Below are positions 1 through 13,692 of a stretch of 64,000 bases of DNA, in pieces; the first letter of the stretch is position 1, and the number at the start of each line of letters is the position of its first letter. This DNA is from Chrysomallon squamiferum (Eukaryota; Animalia; Mollusca), in NCBI GenBank assembly GCA_012295275.1, contig CM022673.1:5456001-5520000 (forward strand), in the 5' to 3' direction. The notes beneath the pieces were generated by a model that saw nothing but the letters and a program-made list of their open reading frames with translations, searched no databases and was not told where the DNA came from. The translations under genes and the position numbers were made by a program.

Positions 1-641
1 GGAAATGACGAATCTGTTTCCCGCTGACGTTGCTAATATTGTGCTCCTGTTATGTGTGTACTTCATAAAAAGCAGACAAAAAAAATAATAATAAAAAAAA
101 TAAAAAAGAAGAAGAAGAAGAAGAGTATATAATAAAATAAAATATAATAAAATGATAATAAAAATATAAATAATAATATAATAATAATAAAGAAAGAAAA
201 AGGATTATACCATGGCCATATTAAGTAACTATAGGTCTAAAACACTTTTTCTAGAGAACTTCGCATATGATGATTCGATAAATCAAGTGGAAATGATATT
301 AAACATATCATTTAATTCATTCTCTTTATTATATGTATCAAAATATTATAGATAAAGTTATGATTCAATATCACAAGTGTCAGTTTTAATTACGTGCTTG
401 ACCTGAACAAATTCATGTAACTTTATTTATAGAAAACAACAGCAGCAGCAGCAACAACAACAACACAAAATACTTTGTTTTAATGAGAAAGAAAAGTAAT
501 AAAAAAATAAAAAATAAATAAAATAAAACAATATAAAATAAATGTATTATGAGTAAATAAATAAAGAAAACTAAGAAGAAAAATAAGAAATAGAAAACAG
601 GAAGGGGAAATAATCTCTGCTACTTACTTTACAAGAGTTAC
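1..641. repeat. Direct segmental duplicate of 7958-8600
   Basis: Near-identical from GGAAATGACGAATCTGTTTCCCGC to CAAGAGTTAC, then abrupt divergence. Confidence 0.95.
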
Positions 642-1560
642 TCTTCAATATATAATTTTTATTTTTTTTTATTTATTAATTTAGTGGTGTCGATTTCCTT
701 CATTGTTTATGTAGCTGTTTATTTATTTATACATTATTTGATCTATTTATTAATTTAGTCATATTGATTTCCTTGACTGTTCATGAACCTGATTATTTAT
801 TTATACATTATTAGTTCATTCATTTATCTATAAATGGCTTTCTTTATTTTCTTTATTTTTAAAAATTACAAACTCAAATTTATAATTATTTTGCATACAT
901 TTATACTTTAATCAGCAGTAAAAATATATTAGATATCTCTAATTACTTAAGAATAAAAATTAACATCTTCTGTCGACATTGTATATACAAATTTAACACT
1001 GCTCAACATAATGTTATTTCAAACACAAAACTCTGGAAGGATTGTTTTCATTATTTACAGAAAAACAACGTTGACAAATACAGTGTCCGAAAATGTTGAC
1101 AAAAATAATAAATGCATAAAAATTACCGAAATCAGTACACAACAGAAACTGACAAATATATGAATGAATGAATTATATATTTTATTTATCTTTAACACAG
1201 ATCACAGAAGTATATTTAAAACTGCATAGCATATAATACACATACACCATAAGGCCCTATATGTTCACATTACCAACTAACATGACTGAAGGCTTTGAAA
1301 GAAAACAATATTCGCCGACATTTCTTAAGTAGAAAAATTAAAAAGAAACGTGTGTGTGTTAACACATCAAAAGACATAAAAACATATACATAATGTAGAT
1401 ATATAAAAACATAGATATAATCATAAACATATATATATATACACACACACACACACGTAAAAACATATATATAAACACAAAAAATAATTTCCTATAAAAA
1501 GGAAGGTACATTATTCGCCGATTTCTAAGTATTGTCAAAACGTATAAAAATAAAAGAAAA

Positions 1561-1605
<45 letters not shown>

Positions 1606-1709
1606 GCAGATTAGATTATAAATCATATAAGCCTGATAAAGAAGTAGAAATCCTATAAGCATCTATATTTATATAATCTACACATGAAAGGACTACATTA
1701 CAAAGTCTC

Positions 1710-2613
1710 TTAATTTATAATGGCTGACGTATTGTAATATATGTGTCTAAATATCGAACCCACGGTAGTATTCCAAGTCTTAATGTCCTCTGCGTTATGT
1801 TCTGTTCCATGTTTTCTAATCCACAAATGGACAATGTAGTTGTTTTCCTTCCAGTCATAAAGTTTGCCAACCTCGTACAACTGGGGAAGCTCTGCCCAGT
1901 TAGGTCGATGAAAGGATTTTTGCTCGGTGTGTATTAAGTTTTTATATTGTTTGGCTAGTCTGGCCGGTAAAAGCACAGAATGTTCTCCCCATTGTTGGTC
2001 TTTGAAAGTCTTGTATTTTGTATGCCAAATCTTCAGAAAGTCTGCCCAAGCCTTTGCAATGATTACAGCATTACATAAACCATAGCTGACTTCGTAACCC
2101 ATCACCATTTCGTATTTCAACAACGGGTCCAGAGATTTGATGGCCATAGCGTCAAGATCAAGATATATCCCGCCGAACTCCATAACAGCCTCGAGGCGTA
2201 CAATGTCAGTGGCATGTTCAGAAACCTGAATGGGATTCCCATAAATTTCCGTTGGCGTATCTCGGTAGATTAAGATAATCTCTGGGACTTTTTGTCGCAT
2301 TTCTTTGAAATAGTCTCCCTCGGAACCATGTCCAACCAGAAAAAGATTCTGTCTGGTTTGATGAATTTGTGAGCAGCTAAAATAGCTAACATATGATGAA
2401 AGCGAAAATGGTTTTTCTTTGGGCCGCCATACCACGTAAAATGAACTAAGCGTGGAATGACACGTTGCGTGTGTTCGATATTCTTCGAGTAACTGACTGG
2501 TAATTTTAACTTTTCGTTAAAAGTCGTGTTTCTGACGTAAGTTTAAAACGGATCAGTCGCTTTTTTCTTGCATATATTTGTCTCTACACATAACTTTTTT
2601 TACTCGCTGAATC
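1710..2613 (-). pseudogene. Disabled second GT32 domain of paralogue 1
   Basis: Aligns to domain 2 of the other copies (HATDIVRLEAVMEFGGIYLDLD...HLWIRKHGTEH). It lies behind the TCA>TGA stop and carries a 7-T versus 5-T run (2595-2601), TAT>TAA (2545-2543) and a 1-bp deletion near 2321. Net length 1827 versus 1826 bp matches +2-1. Confidence 0.85.
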
Positions 2614-4410
2614 TCATGGTTTAACTTTCTCTGGTGTAGCGATGTCAGAATTTCCGTAATAAATATATCTGAATATTGAACCAGCCGTCGTGTTCCACGT
2701 TTTAATATCGGTCGGATTATGTTCTATCCCGTGTTGGCGAATCCACAGATGAACAACGTAGTTCTTCTCTTTGTAGTTGAAGAGATTTCCATCTTCATAC
2801 AGCATCTTGAGTTCCTCAGGCATATAATTCGGTCTATGAAATGATTTCCGTTCTGTATGTATTAACTTAGGATATTTCAAGGCCAGGATCCCAGGCACCT
2901 GTACTGAATGATACTGCCACCGGTTATCGTCGAACGTTTTGTATGCTTCGTGCCAAATCTTTAAGAATTCTGCCCACTTGACGCCAATGATAACTCCGTT
3001 GCAAATCGAATTCTTCGATTCGTATCCCATCACCATGTCGTATTTAAGAAGAGGATCCAAAGGCTTGACGACAATAGCATCCAGGTCGAAGTACATTCCG
3101 CCATATTCCAAAATGACTTCCAGACGTACGATATCGGTTATGTGTTCGGCGACTTTCACAGGTCGACCATGTATTTCTTTGGGAGTTTTACGATGGATCA
3201 GAAACAGTTCTGGAATCTTTTCTTTTAATTCCTTGAAATAATCTCCTTCTGGAATAAGATCAAACCAAAAATAAATCCGTTCCGGTTTCACAAATTTATG
3301 GGCAGCTAGAATGCTGATCAAGTGGTGAAATCGGAAATGGTTTTTCTGGGGCCCACCAAACCACGTGAAGTGCACCAATGACGGTATTACTCTTTTTTCG
3401 TGAACGATATTCTTGTTTGTGTTGACAGGAGAATTGAGCATCTTATAAAACGTGTGATTGCGTTTGTATACGTAAAAGTTGGCAGCAGGATCTAGCTTGC
3501 ATATGTTGTTCTCTATGCAGTTTTGAAGTGTCATTTCTGAAAAAGAAAACAATTAAAAAAATAAAGATACCAGTTACACAAGTATGCCAGAGAAATAAGA
3601 CGCAAGCAAAACTAAGAATAATATTAGTATCTTGAAACTTAACTGATGTATCTAGAAAGATAGTAATCCAAATACCAATATGATATTTTGGCCATAATAA
3701 TTAAATTGAAAAACAGTTATTCTAAATCGATAATGTTACCCCAGCTTTACATAAAAAGACTAGTGTAAATTAATTTTATATCACTGGAAAGAATTACTTT
3801 ATTTGTTCCTAGCTACCCATTTAAGCGATGGTAATAAAAATATAAACTATGTCAATAAAATAACAAGTTCGTTACGATGAATGGAAGCTGATATTTTTCT
3901 TAATGACCTCATTACGTAGATTAGAAATAAATTTCACAACATTAAATTTCTTACTTCTGAGTGTGTTGTCAGTGGTAGTTTCTCCCAGAGTTATGTACAT
4001 ATATTTTATTTTTGTGTTGTCTATGAAGAATATATAAACAGTAAGAAGATGAACGGCAGCGAAAAACAGAATCGCAAAGAAAAGTCGATTCACTCGAAAT
4101 AGTGAAGCTTTTTGGTTACCTGCAAAAACAAAAATTAAATATGTTAAATTAAGGTATCATCAATATAATTATTATTATTATTATTCTTTTTGTTGTTGTT
4201 GTTGTTGTGGCAGCTGCTGCTGCTGCTTTTCTTGTTACAGTTATTACTATTTTATCATTATCGTCATCAAAGTAATTATTGTTGTTGTTGTTATAATAAT
4301 TATTATATATGCATGCATACATACATACAGAGAGACAGATAGACGCACATACTCTATAACTGACTCAGTTATTCTTTCGTAGTGTTTAAACTGGATCGAA
4401 GAAAAATGAA

Positions 4411-4466
<56 letters not shown>

Positions 4467-4733
4467 CGCGTTTTGGCGTGCCGTCTGCAATAAACGAGAA
4501 GGATGCAGTTTTAAGCCACACCTATCTTTAATCTGTTCACTCAATTGTAAAGATTTTTTAATTAATCGATAACGTTTCGTCTGCATATTTGCAATGGAAT
4601 TCTCTAAATTTATTTCTAGTAGTTCTTTTACACACAGTGTTCTTTTTTATCCTTTCCAGTAAAAAACAAAGGTGTACTCAAAAGGATTGACAAAATAAAT
4701 TATTACTGAAGAACGCAGAAATAGGTTGGGTAT

Positions 4734-4784
<51 letters not shown>

Positions 4785-6788
4785 TTTGTGTATTATTGGC
4801 TGATGATTGTTACTATTGAAGCTTCAAAATATGTTTTGTTTTAGAGAGAATTAAAGAGAGAAATCATAGAAAAACAGAGAAAGAGAGAGTGTGGATGTAG
4901 TGAGATTAAAATAGTGTTTTGACATTTTGTTTGAGCAGGGAATCTTTAATACATTTTTATCTCTAAACAAAACGCACAATTAAAATAATTTGTCTTTAAC
5001 GAAGATAAATAAACTAATAACAATATAATCATTTAGCTTCTGTTTTATTTTATTTTTAGGAAATAGAGAATAATGAGAAACAATAAAATATGGGGTGTTT
5101 TTTAGAAATATTAACGCAGTAGTCTGAGTTTATTTAGTAGTAGATAAAACCAGAGTATATAAATAAATGAATTTCATTTTAGAGCGGTCCTACGGGACAG
5201 ACATTAAGTGACGATACCAGACTTTAAATAAGGAAAGGATTTAATACAATTATGCTTTAGTGTTTTAAATCCGAACCAAATATTAACTTTGTTAAAATCA
5301 TTTAAATGTATCTGTTGACTGTCTGAAAATAATGAATTGTTTATAGAGCATGAATTCCAATTTCTAATTCGGTCCGTTTGGTCATTCACAGTGAAAGACC
5401 TAGATCTGTATACTTTGATACAGCGATAATGTTGTTGATAGGTAACATTCGAAGGATAAAAACAAATGTATTCGTCTATTTGTATGTTCACTGAAGGTCA
5501 GAAGAAATAAAAAGTTTTCATAAAATCGTGACTGTGTGATTATGTCAAGTGACATTCCCAAAGCAAAAACATTTTTATCTACCTGGTTATTATTCACTTT
5601 AAAATGAGTTTGAAATAATCACACCAGCAGCTGGGCAGATTATTAATTTTTTTAAGGCCAAAAATGTTAGAGCACCATGGCAAGATGGAGTAGCAACAAA
5701 GCAAATACTTTTTCCAAAGAAAAGACGTCAAGAATTTTGTTTTTTCAAATGCTCGAAGACAAACATTTCTTTCAAAATAAATACTACAAGCAAGTTAATT
5801 TTCAATGTGGTTTCATAGAAGTCATTGACGTTGCCACAGGTTTTGGTTACATTACGGCATTTAACTTTACAAAACAACGTTCGTGTCAATGATTTATAAT
5901 GATTTTAAAATATCTCTGCACAGCTGACGGAAGACTTACTAATATTCTAAACTGAAATTTCTATTTAACAAATAAATGACAAATAAGGACATTATTACAA
6001 AATCTGAAGGAGAAATATTTTACTTTACTACTACAATGAAAACTACAGTAACAGCTCGACCCGTCATAGCTTATAGGAAAACCTAAACCTAACGTACTTC
6101 TACACGATTTTCTGAATAAAGACAGCTTGACAAAAATATATTTACGAATAAATTTAGTAAAACGTCTTTTCAAACATATTTTAAAATGTTCTAAGTATAT
6201 ATTTTAGAGATTATATATATACACACATTATATTAGAAATAGTTTTAAAAAGATATTTAAATGTCTTGTGAACATATTTTAAAATTTTCTAGGTATATAT
6301 TTTAGGGATTATAAAGGTTACATTCTAAATAGTTTTTGATAACGTTTTTAAAATTATATTAGAAATATTTGTTTTTAAATGTCAGACTGTAATTTGTGTA
6401 ATTGATGAACCTTTCTGTTTATAATTTTAAAATATATTTCCATACCAATGTAAACATTTGTGTCAAATATGAAACTCTAGTAAACCTCTAAGTATATATA
6501 TGCTATCACTGGACATAAAAAATATTTTTGAATGTAAACATTTTTTGTCTTGTAAAACAATTTCATTATTACGGAGACTGAACAAACTGATTTCATTATC
6601 GTAAAAATGTTTGTGTCTGCTGCTGAAATATACTGGTTAATTGACTGACTGATTGTGAAAGAACAACTGGCGACAGCCAACACAGCAACGCGAATTTAAC
6701 GACATCTTCGTAATTTATGAAAGACTAAGGTTTTTCAATCTGCGGTTAATTGTTGTTGTTCATCCAACTATCATGCCTTAAATCTTTA

Positions 6789-6831
<43 letters not shown>

Positions 6832-7262
6832 TATTTTATATGCCTGTTTACTGCCGTGTTACTGAAGATTTTCAATTTGTTAATTAGTTATTAATACACA
6901 ATATTTCAAAAATTTAATAAACTAAAGACCATGTCATATAAATCATAGTTTAACTGATTATACCAACTCTAACAAAATAATATCTTAATATTGACGATTT
7001 TTTTTCTTCAGATTTTGTATATAGTGTGCCTTCATTTTTTTTAAAATTAATTAATTAATAAATAAAATAAATAAATACTAACAATAAAACAATAATGAAA
7101 ATACATATATAAATTACATAGATACATAAATATACGGCTGCACACACAAACATACATAAATAAACACTGGCACATTCATACATATATACATACATGTGCA
7201 TAGTCAGTATTTGCCATAGTTCTATCATTTCTGTTAATATATGTGAACATATATAGATATAT

Positions 7263-7323
<61 letters not shown>

Positions 7324-7397
7324 GACATTCATACTTATATACATACACATATATACATATATATAAATAAATAAATAAAATTAAAAAACTTACTCAT
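2614..7397 (-). CDS. GT32/DXD glycosyltransferase paralogue 1 (alpha-1,4-glycosyltransferase-like), truncated to a single domain, ~363 aa. Exons 7397-7394, 4119-3955, 3536-2614
   Basis: ATGA|gtaagt at 7397-7388; tttttgcag|GTAACC acceptor at 4119; AGAA|gtaag donor at 3955; ttttcag|AA acceptor at 3536. Both introns are phase 1 and join in frame: MSNQKASLFRVNRLFFAILFFAAVHLLTVYIFF (TM anchor)...IPSLVHFTW...HITDIVRLEVILEYGGMYFDLD. Ends at TGA 2616-2614 where the paralogues have TCA. Could alternatively be a whole pseudogene. Confidence 0.75.
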
Positions 7398-7499
7398 AAT
7401 CTTGTGTTTAGGTAACAATCCAAACAACTATTAATTTCTTTGTTTCTTTTTTATTTTATTTATTTATTTTTTTTTATTTGAATTGCATTTTGTTTCCAA

Positions 7500-7683
7500 T
7501 ATTTATTGTTCCATAAAAAGATATTTCACATCTGTTGCCTCTCGGGTTTTTTTGATTATGAGTGTGTGTGTCTCTCTGTGTTGGCGTGCGAGATCGGTTT
7601 CAAACAGGACACAAAGACTAGCTGTTGATATTTCTGTTGTTCACCTCGGTCACGTTACAACGAGCAGACCACTAAAAATACAG
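7500..7683 (-). promoter_or_regulatory. Conserved 5' UTR/proximal promoter block of the GT paralogues (also ~47085-47284 and ~56210-56395)
   Basis: TTGGCGTGCGAGATCGGTTTCAAACAGGACACAAAGA...TTCACCTCGGTCACGTTACAACG is nearly invariant in three copies, ~190-290 bp upstream of the ATG, while the surrounding DNA diverges. Confidence 0.5.
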
Positions 7684-7929
7684 TGCCAAATATAAAGATG
7701 CGGTGCTATCCTCCTGTGAAAAAAATATAGAGAGTAGGTTTGTAGCAAAAGTGTTGGCTTTAGAATCCAGAGATTTTAGCGATACAGGTGTAAGAAATAA
7801 AAAACCCTTTCTTATTAATTACCAGTCCAGCTCTCGCTAATAATGACAGCGATAAAAGAAACGAAATGGAAACGTAGTCTTTTCAAAAGAGAACTACGAA
7901 ATAACGATACCCGGAGAAATTGAAGAACT

Positions 7930-7990
7930 GGAAATGACGTCAAACACTAGCGCCACCGGAAATGACGAATCTGTTTCCCGCTGACGTCGC
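7930..7990. promoter_or_regulatory. Promoter-like motif cluster (ETS-CRE composites, E2F-like site)
   Basis: GGAAATGACGTCA 7930-7942 (contains a full CRE palindrome), TAGCGCCACC 7948-7957, CCGGAAATGACG 7956-7967, TTTCCCGC 7974-7981 and TGACGTC 7982-7988, all within 60 bp. Confidence 0.45.
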
Positions 7991-8600
7991 TAATACTGTG
8001 CTCCTGTTATATGTGTACTTCAAAAGCAGACAAAAAAAAAAAATAATAATAATAAAATAATAATAATAATAATAAAATATAATAAAATGATAATAAAAAT
8101 ATAAATAATAATAATAATAATAAAGAAAAAAAAAAAAAAAAAAAAAACGATTATACCATGGCCATATTAAGTAACTATAGGTCTAAAACACTTTGTCAAG
8201 AGAACTTCGCATATGATGATTCGATAAACCAAGTGGAAGTGATATTAAACATATCATTTAATTCATTCTCATTATTATATGTATTAAAATATTCTAGAGA
8301 AAGTTATGATTCAATATCACAAGTGTCAATTTTAATTAGGTGCTTAACCTGAACAAATTCATGTAACTTTATTTATAGAAAACAACAGCAGCAGCAGCAG
8401 CAGCAACAACAAAACAAATTACTCTGTTTTAAACGTTTTAATGAGAAAGTAATGTTATAATAAAAAAAAATAATAAATAAAATAAAATAAAATAAAATAA
8501 ATGTATTATAAATAAATAAAGAAAGAAAAATAAGAAGAAAAATAAGAAGTAGAAAACAGGAAGGGGAAATAATCTCTGCTTCTTACTTTACAAGAGTTAC
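7958..8600. repeat. Direct segmental duplicate of 1-641
   Basis: Same alignment as above; offset ~7.96 kb. Confidence 0.95.
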
Positions 8601-8847
8601 GTTTCTTCTTATTTCCTTTACTAGGTGGTAATCGAGCCTAGCAACATTTCTTTGTTTCTTTCACCATCCCTTCCTTTCTTTCATTTTTTCTTTATTTTTT
8701 TTTTTTTTATAATGTTAGAGCCAGGTCAATGAATACATTTCGCACTGAGTCAGGTTAGGCTAACAAGTAAAAACACGAATAACTTTCGTTATATTGCGGA
8801 ACAACAGCAAACTGTTCATTTTACCTTTTTGAATTATAATATTAAAT

Positions 8848-8886
<39 letters not shown>

Positions 8887-9325
8887 AACAACATCAAACA
8901 GAAGACAGAACGAATAACTGAATATCAAAGATAGAAATAAGTAAATAAGTAAGTAAAGCATCGAAATAATAACATAAATTCTCGTTCTAGTAATATAAAC
9001 CAAATAAAATGAATATCTATCTATCTATCTATCTACCTATCTATCTATCTATACATACGAATTACTTTGTAATAATGATACAGTGTTACTTGAAATAATA
9101 GTTAAGTATATTCAGAAGTAATAACATAAGTAGTGGGTGTAATGATATAAAAAACAGATGAAATATATGTCATTTCCGTAACTAGACTCCTTTTCAAATG
9201 AAGCAAAATCAATTAATCGCCGAGCAAAACAGATCTGGGCGAGGAGTCAGAAGTTCCGACTATAAAGACGCAAAATCCTCGATTCTATAGTATTTATATT
9301 TTAAGTTTTTTTAATAAAATATTTG

Positions 9326-9389
<64 letters not shown>

Positions 9390-10518
9390 TAATAATAATA
9401 ATCATTAATAATAATTAATATTGATTCAGTGTGTTACTTGAAATGTATCAATGTGTATGGATGAGGTATGAGAACATAACCACAACGTGAGAGAACCCAC
9501 GAATTTACAGCTTGTGTTGTATAGGTAACATCATACGACATAACTCTGATACAAATCAACTTAAAAGTCTGAGTCAATGTGAATTCAGATGTTCTTGTTT
9601 AATTATTATTATTTTTTTTTTTTTTTTTTATTAATTATTATTTAATTAATTAATGTATTTATTTATTTGTTTGTTTATTTATTTATTTATTTATTTATTT
9701 ATTGATTTTCCCCTACAATGATTTATAAACTTATGTCGAAGATTTTGAAATATTCTTTTCATAACAGGCGGAAAGATACCATAAATTGCGCCAACGACTG
9801 ATTTCTAACATTTAAACTGCAATGAAATTATTTTTCACAACTCGATTCATTCCTCGCTGTAGTGTAACAAAAAAAACTACTACTACTACTACTACTACTA
9901 GTATCACTGCAGTTACTGCTACTACTTCTACTTCTTCTACTGCTACTACTACTGTTATTATTACTACTACTATTATTATTATTATTTTGGTGCTGCTATC
10001 GCTACTATTATTACTATTTCTACTACTACTGCTATTACAGTTATTACAAGTACTGTTACTGCTATTCCTACTACTACAATTATTGTTACTCGTACTACAA
10101 ATATTACTATTATTATTACTACTACTACTAATAATAATAGCAACTATTGAATACTGCTGTTGCTACTGTTGTTGCTGCTACTACCGGTGCTTAAAAGATC
10201 AAAAACAAATATTGTAATGACCTATATATTTGTTTATTTCAAACACACATAAAAATAGTCTGGGTCATTTGTGTCAAAACAGGCGTTACCTTGACTTTCT
10301 CACCCAGAATCAGTGAACGATAACGAAGCCTAGGGTAAGGTATGGGAAGCAGGTCAGAGTCCAAAGTTCACTAACATAAAACTCTAAACTGTCTCTTTTC
10401 TTCTATAAATAATGAAGTTATTATAAACTGAATTTTGAATTTATCAGTGATGATGGTGTTTTGAATACTGTTAACTTTTTTTTTAACTGAATTTAAAATA
10501 ATTATTGTCCAAGATCAT

Positions 10519-10566
<48 letters not shown>

Positions 10567-11212
10567 AGTATTTGATCATCTTTCAACATTAACATAATGA
10601 AACCAATTACATAGTCAAAGATTTAACTCATTTTTTTTTTTTTTTTTTTTTTATTAGATTAGCTAGTAAATGGATTATTGTTTGAAATAAACATATATGA
10701 ATTTTAAGGTCTCTTTTGGTCCGATTTGGCCATTTTTCAGTGACAAAGTATCCATAAAAGCCAATGCGCAATTTTAATCTAGAAAATGTAAAATTCCGAT
10801 TGATTTATTTCACATTTGACTGTTTTAAATGTCGTGACAATATAAGATGAACGCAGAAGATAAGAAACCTGTCGCAAAATCTAAGCCAGTAATTATGTAC
10901 GGTCAATTTCTGTTTGATTGATTCAAATGTCTTGACTATTTTTGTAATAGATATGTTCTGATATCTTACATAATCTGAACTGTTTGCGCACAATAGAGTC
11001 AAAATGTTATAGAATTAGATATTTTCCTATCTTACAAAATCTGAATTGTTTGATCATACTGGGATCAAAATGTTTTTGTCTTGCCCGCTGTTCTGTAATA
11101 AATATTATAATTATGTATAATAATTCTCTCGGATAAATTAACCGTTCGTAAATTTAAACGAGAATTATTGTTTTGAATATATTTATTTCATTCTCTGATA
11201 AAAAAGATGCTG

Positions 11213-11303
<91 letters not shown>

Positions 11304-11853
11304 ATAATACAATATAATATAACATAATAAAAAATATATATATATTTTGTTTTTAAAAATAAAAAAAACAAATGAATGTAAAAAAATTACTTAGAATGAC
11401 CTACTCGTAAACTGAAATGCAAAGATACTTTGTAAAGATATAAAAAAAAAAAAATTAGACACACAGTTTGACATATTATTCAAATAACCTTTGTCAGACA
11501 CAATATCGTTTCAGAATTGAGCCTAAAAAAAAATCGAGAATTTGTTTTTCCAAATCGTATTTGTGAACCAACTGCACCAAACAAATTTAAATACTAAAAA
11601 GTTCGTACCTTTTTTAATTATTTGACTAGCAATCTTGAATTTTTTATTAGTGAAATCAGGAAACTTTTATTTTTTTACTTTTGTTTATTATTATTTTTAT
11701 TATTTTTCCCTACAGAAAAATGACTTTTGAGTACGTATATCCATGTGACGAACAAACTGCTTTTTAAATTAACTACTTGAAAAGTAATACTTAGGTCACG
11801 ATATTCATTTACAAATAATCAAATTCATTACGTTGTCACAGAGGAAGAGAAGG

Positions 11854-11906
11854 ATATAAATAGGAGGCGCTGATCATGAACACTCAATCTGCTGAAGCCA
11901 ATCAGA
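11854..11906. promoter_or_regulatory. Candidate TATA plus CCAAT core promoter, no linked gene identified
   Basis: TATAAATA at 11854-11861 and AGCCAATCAGAG at ~11896-11907. Confidence 0.2.
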
Positions 11907-12288
11907 GCGTGTCTGTACATTATGTCACGGTAACATGTTGTTTTATGGCTTGTTTATGTTTAAGTTAGGCTTTTACTATTTTGGTAATTTTTAAAACGCG
12001 TTTTCAGACTATTATGAAAATATATATATATATTTAAAATGATATAATTATAACAATAAGCAAATACAAAACTATATTAATGGTCTTTTTAAAAGTCAAT
12101 TTCATTTCGATTTGGCCATTTCCCATTAACACATCCAAGCGAACGCAAAAATACTGATAGCGACACGCATTTTACCTGACTACAGTATTATCAGAACACA
12201 CACACACACACACACACACGCACGCATAAATTATATACGTACAAACATATACTCATACACAAAAACACAGACACGCATATATATATAT

Positions 12289-12319
<31 letters not shown>

Positions 12320-12984
12320 TATATATAAACATGTATGTTACTTCATATCAAATCAAAAACGTTTTCAAAGGAACTGATAACAGCAGTGTCCGGCATTACT
12401 ATGCGATGCGTAACAAGAGTTTAGAGTTTAGAACGGGAAAGTGTTTATTACCTGCTGGATTATTGTAATTACTTTTACCGGGCTCCACAGAATGGCAGTC
12501 GAGGCAGAAGGTTTAACGTAATCTCATAACTGATGACAGCTTGCTAATAATGGAACGTGAAGATGGCAGTAAATAAAATAAAGACACCTATTAAGAAAGA
12601 CCAATAACAAGCAGCAAACATGGATTAAATAGGCAAAACGAGGACATTAAAATTTTTTTTTTTTTTAAATTGTCATTTTATTTATTAAATAAAATTTTCC
12701 TTTGCACTTAGAAAACAAGACGCAGTAGACTGCTTGAAAAGGAATGTTGAGTAATTAGGAAGTAAAACATCTGTTGTGAAGTGAATATCGCTGTAATATA
12801 GTTTTTCACTAATCGTAGGTAACGAAAATTCTTTTTACATGATGCGGTAAAAAAAAAAAAAAAAAAAAATAGAAACAAACAAAAAAACAACTAAAAAAAA
12901 AAAAAATGTAGTTTCATCTTTCTTCTACGTGCAGAAAAGCACACAAGAAAACATCGCAAATATCCCAGTCGCACTCTCCTTCGC

Positions 12985-13298
12985 AAAAAAAATAAAAAAA
13001 TAAATAAATAAATAAATATAATAAAATAAAATAAAATAATTAAATATAATAAAATAAAATATTAAATAAATAAATAAATAAAATAAAATAAAATAAAATA
13101 AATAAATAAATAAAATAAAATAAAATAAATAAATAAATAAAATAAAATAAAATAAAATAAATAAATAAATAAATAAATAAAATAAAATAAAATAAAATAA
13201 ATAAATAAATAAATAAAATAAATAAATAAATAAATAAATAAATATAATAAAATAAAATAAAATAAAATAAATAAAAATAAAATAAATAAATAAATAAA
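12985..13298. repeat. Compound (AAAT)n/(AAAAT)n microsatellite
   Basis: Directly visible. Confidence 0.9.
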
Positions 13299-13637
13299 CA
13301 TCCAATTTGTGTATTTATGTTTCTGCTGTTAAATATATATTTTGTGGAGCGTCTGTGCACGGTCGCTTGCCTATCACGTGAGAGAAGAACTGATTTCTTT
13401 GTTAAAACTTGGTCTGCTGAGTAACGAGGAATTCGCGGAACCAGTCGTATGAGGCCTCCCTATTCATTTTATGCCCGTTCTAACCAGAGCCTCACGACTG
13501 CTTTGTCAAAGACCTTGGCATGTGTTGTCATGTTCACGAGGAAAGGTATTCAAAGAGGTTTTCTTTCTGTCAATTAGTAATGGAAGTCTATTATAGCATA
13601 AAAACTGTGTTGAAGTATATACATTTATATCTGTCTA

Positions 13638-13692
<55 letters not shown>

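Noticed and set aside
2614-2616. Selenocysteine or stop-codon readthrough of the linker TGA in copy 1
   Set aside because: A +2 frameshift follows ~13 nt later, with further lesions beyond, so readthrough cannot restore domain 2.
2939-3241. Recurrent 100-aa MYASCQ… ORFs and other overlapping ORFs inside GT exons
   Set aside because: Antisense or alternative-frame shadows, conserved only because the GT exon is duplicated.
3872-4093. 70-73 aa MNRLFF… ORFs (also 42739, 52400, 62233) as independent small membrane proteins
   Set aside because: They are exon 2 of the GT genes read through the gtaag donor. Three of the four start at GTG, and the phases fit splicing to exon 3.
5204-5491. 95-aa intronic ORF behind an acceptor-like ctgaccttcag
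   Set aside because: The frame is not retained as an ORF in the homologous introns of copies 2 and 3, and no domain is recognisable.
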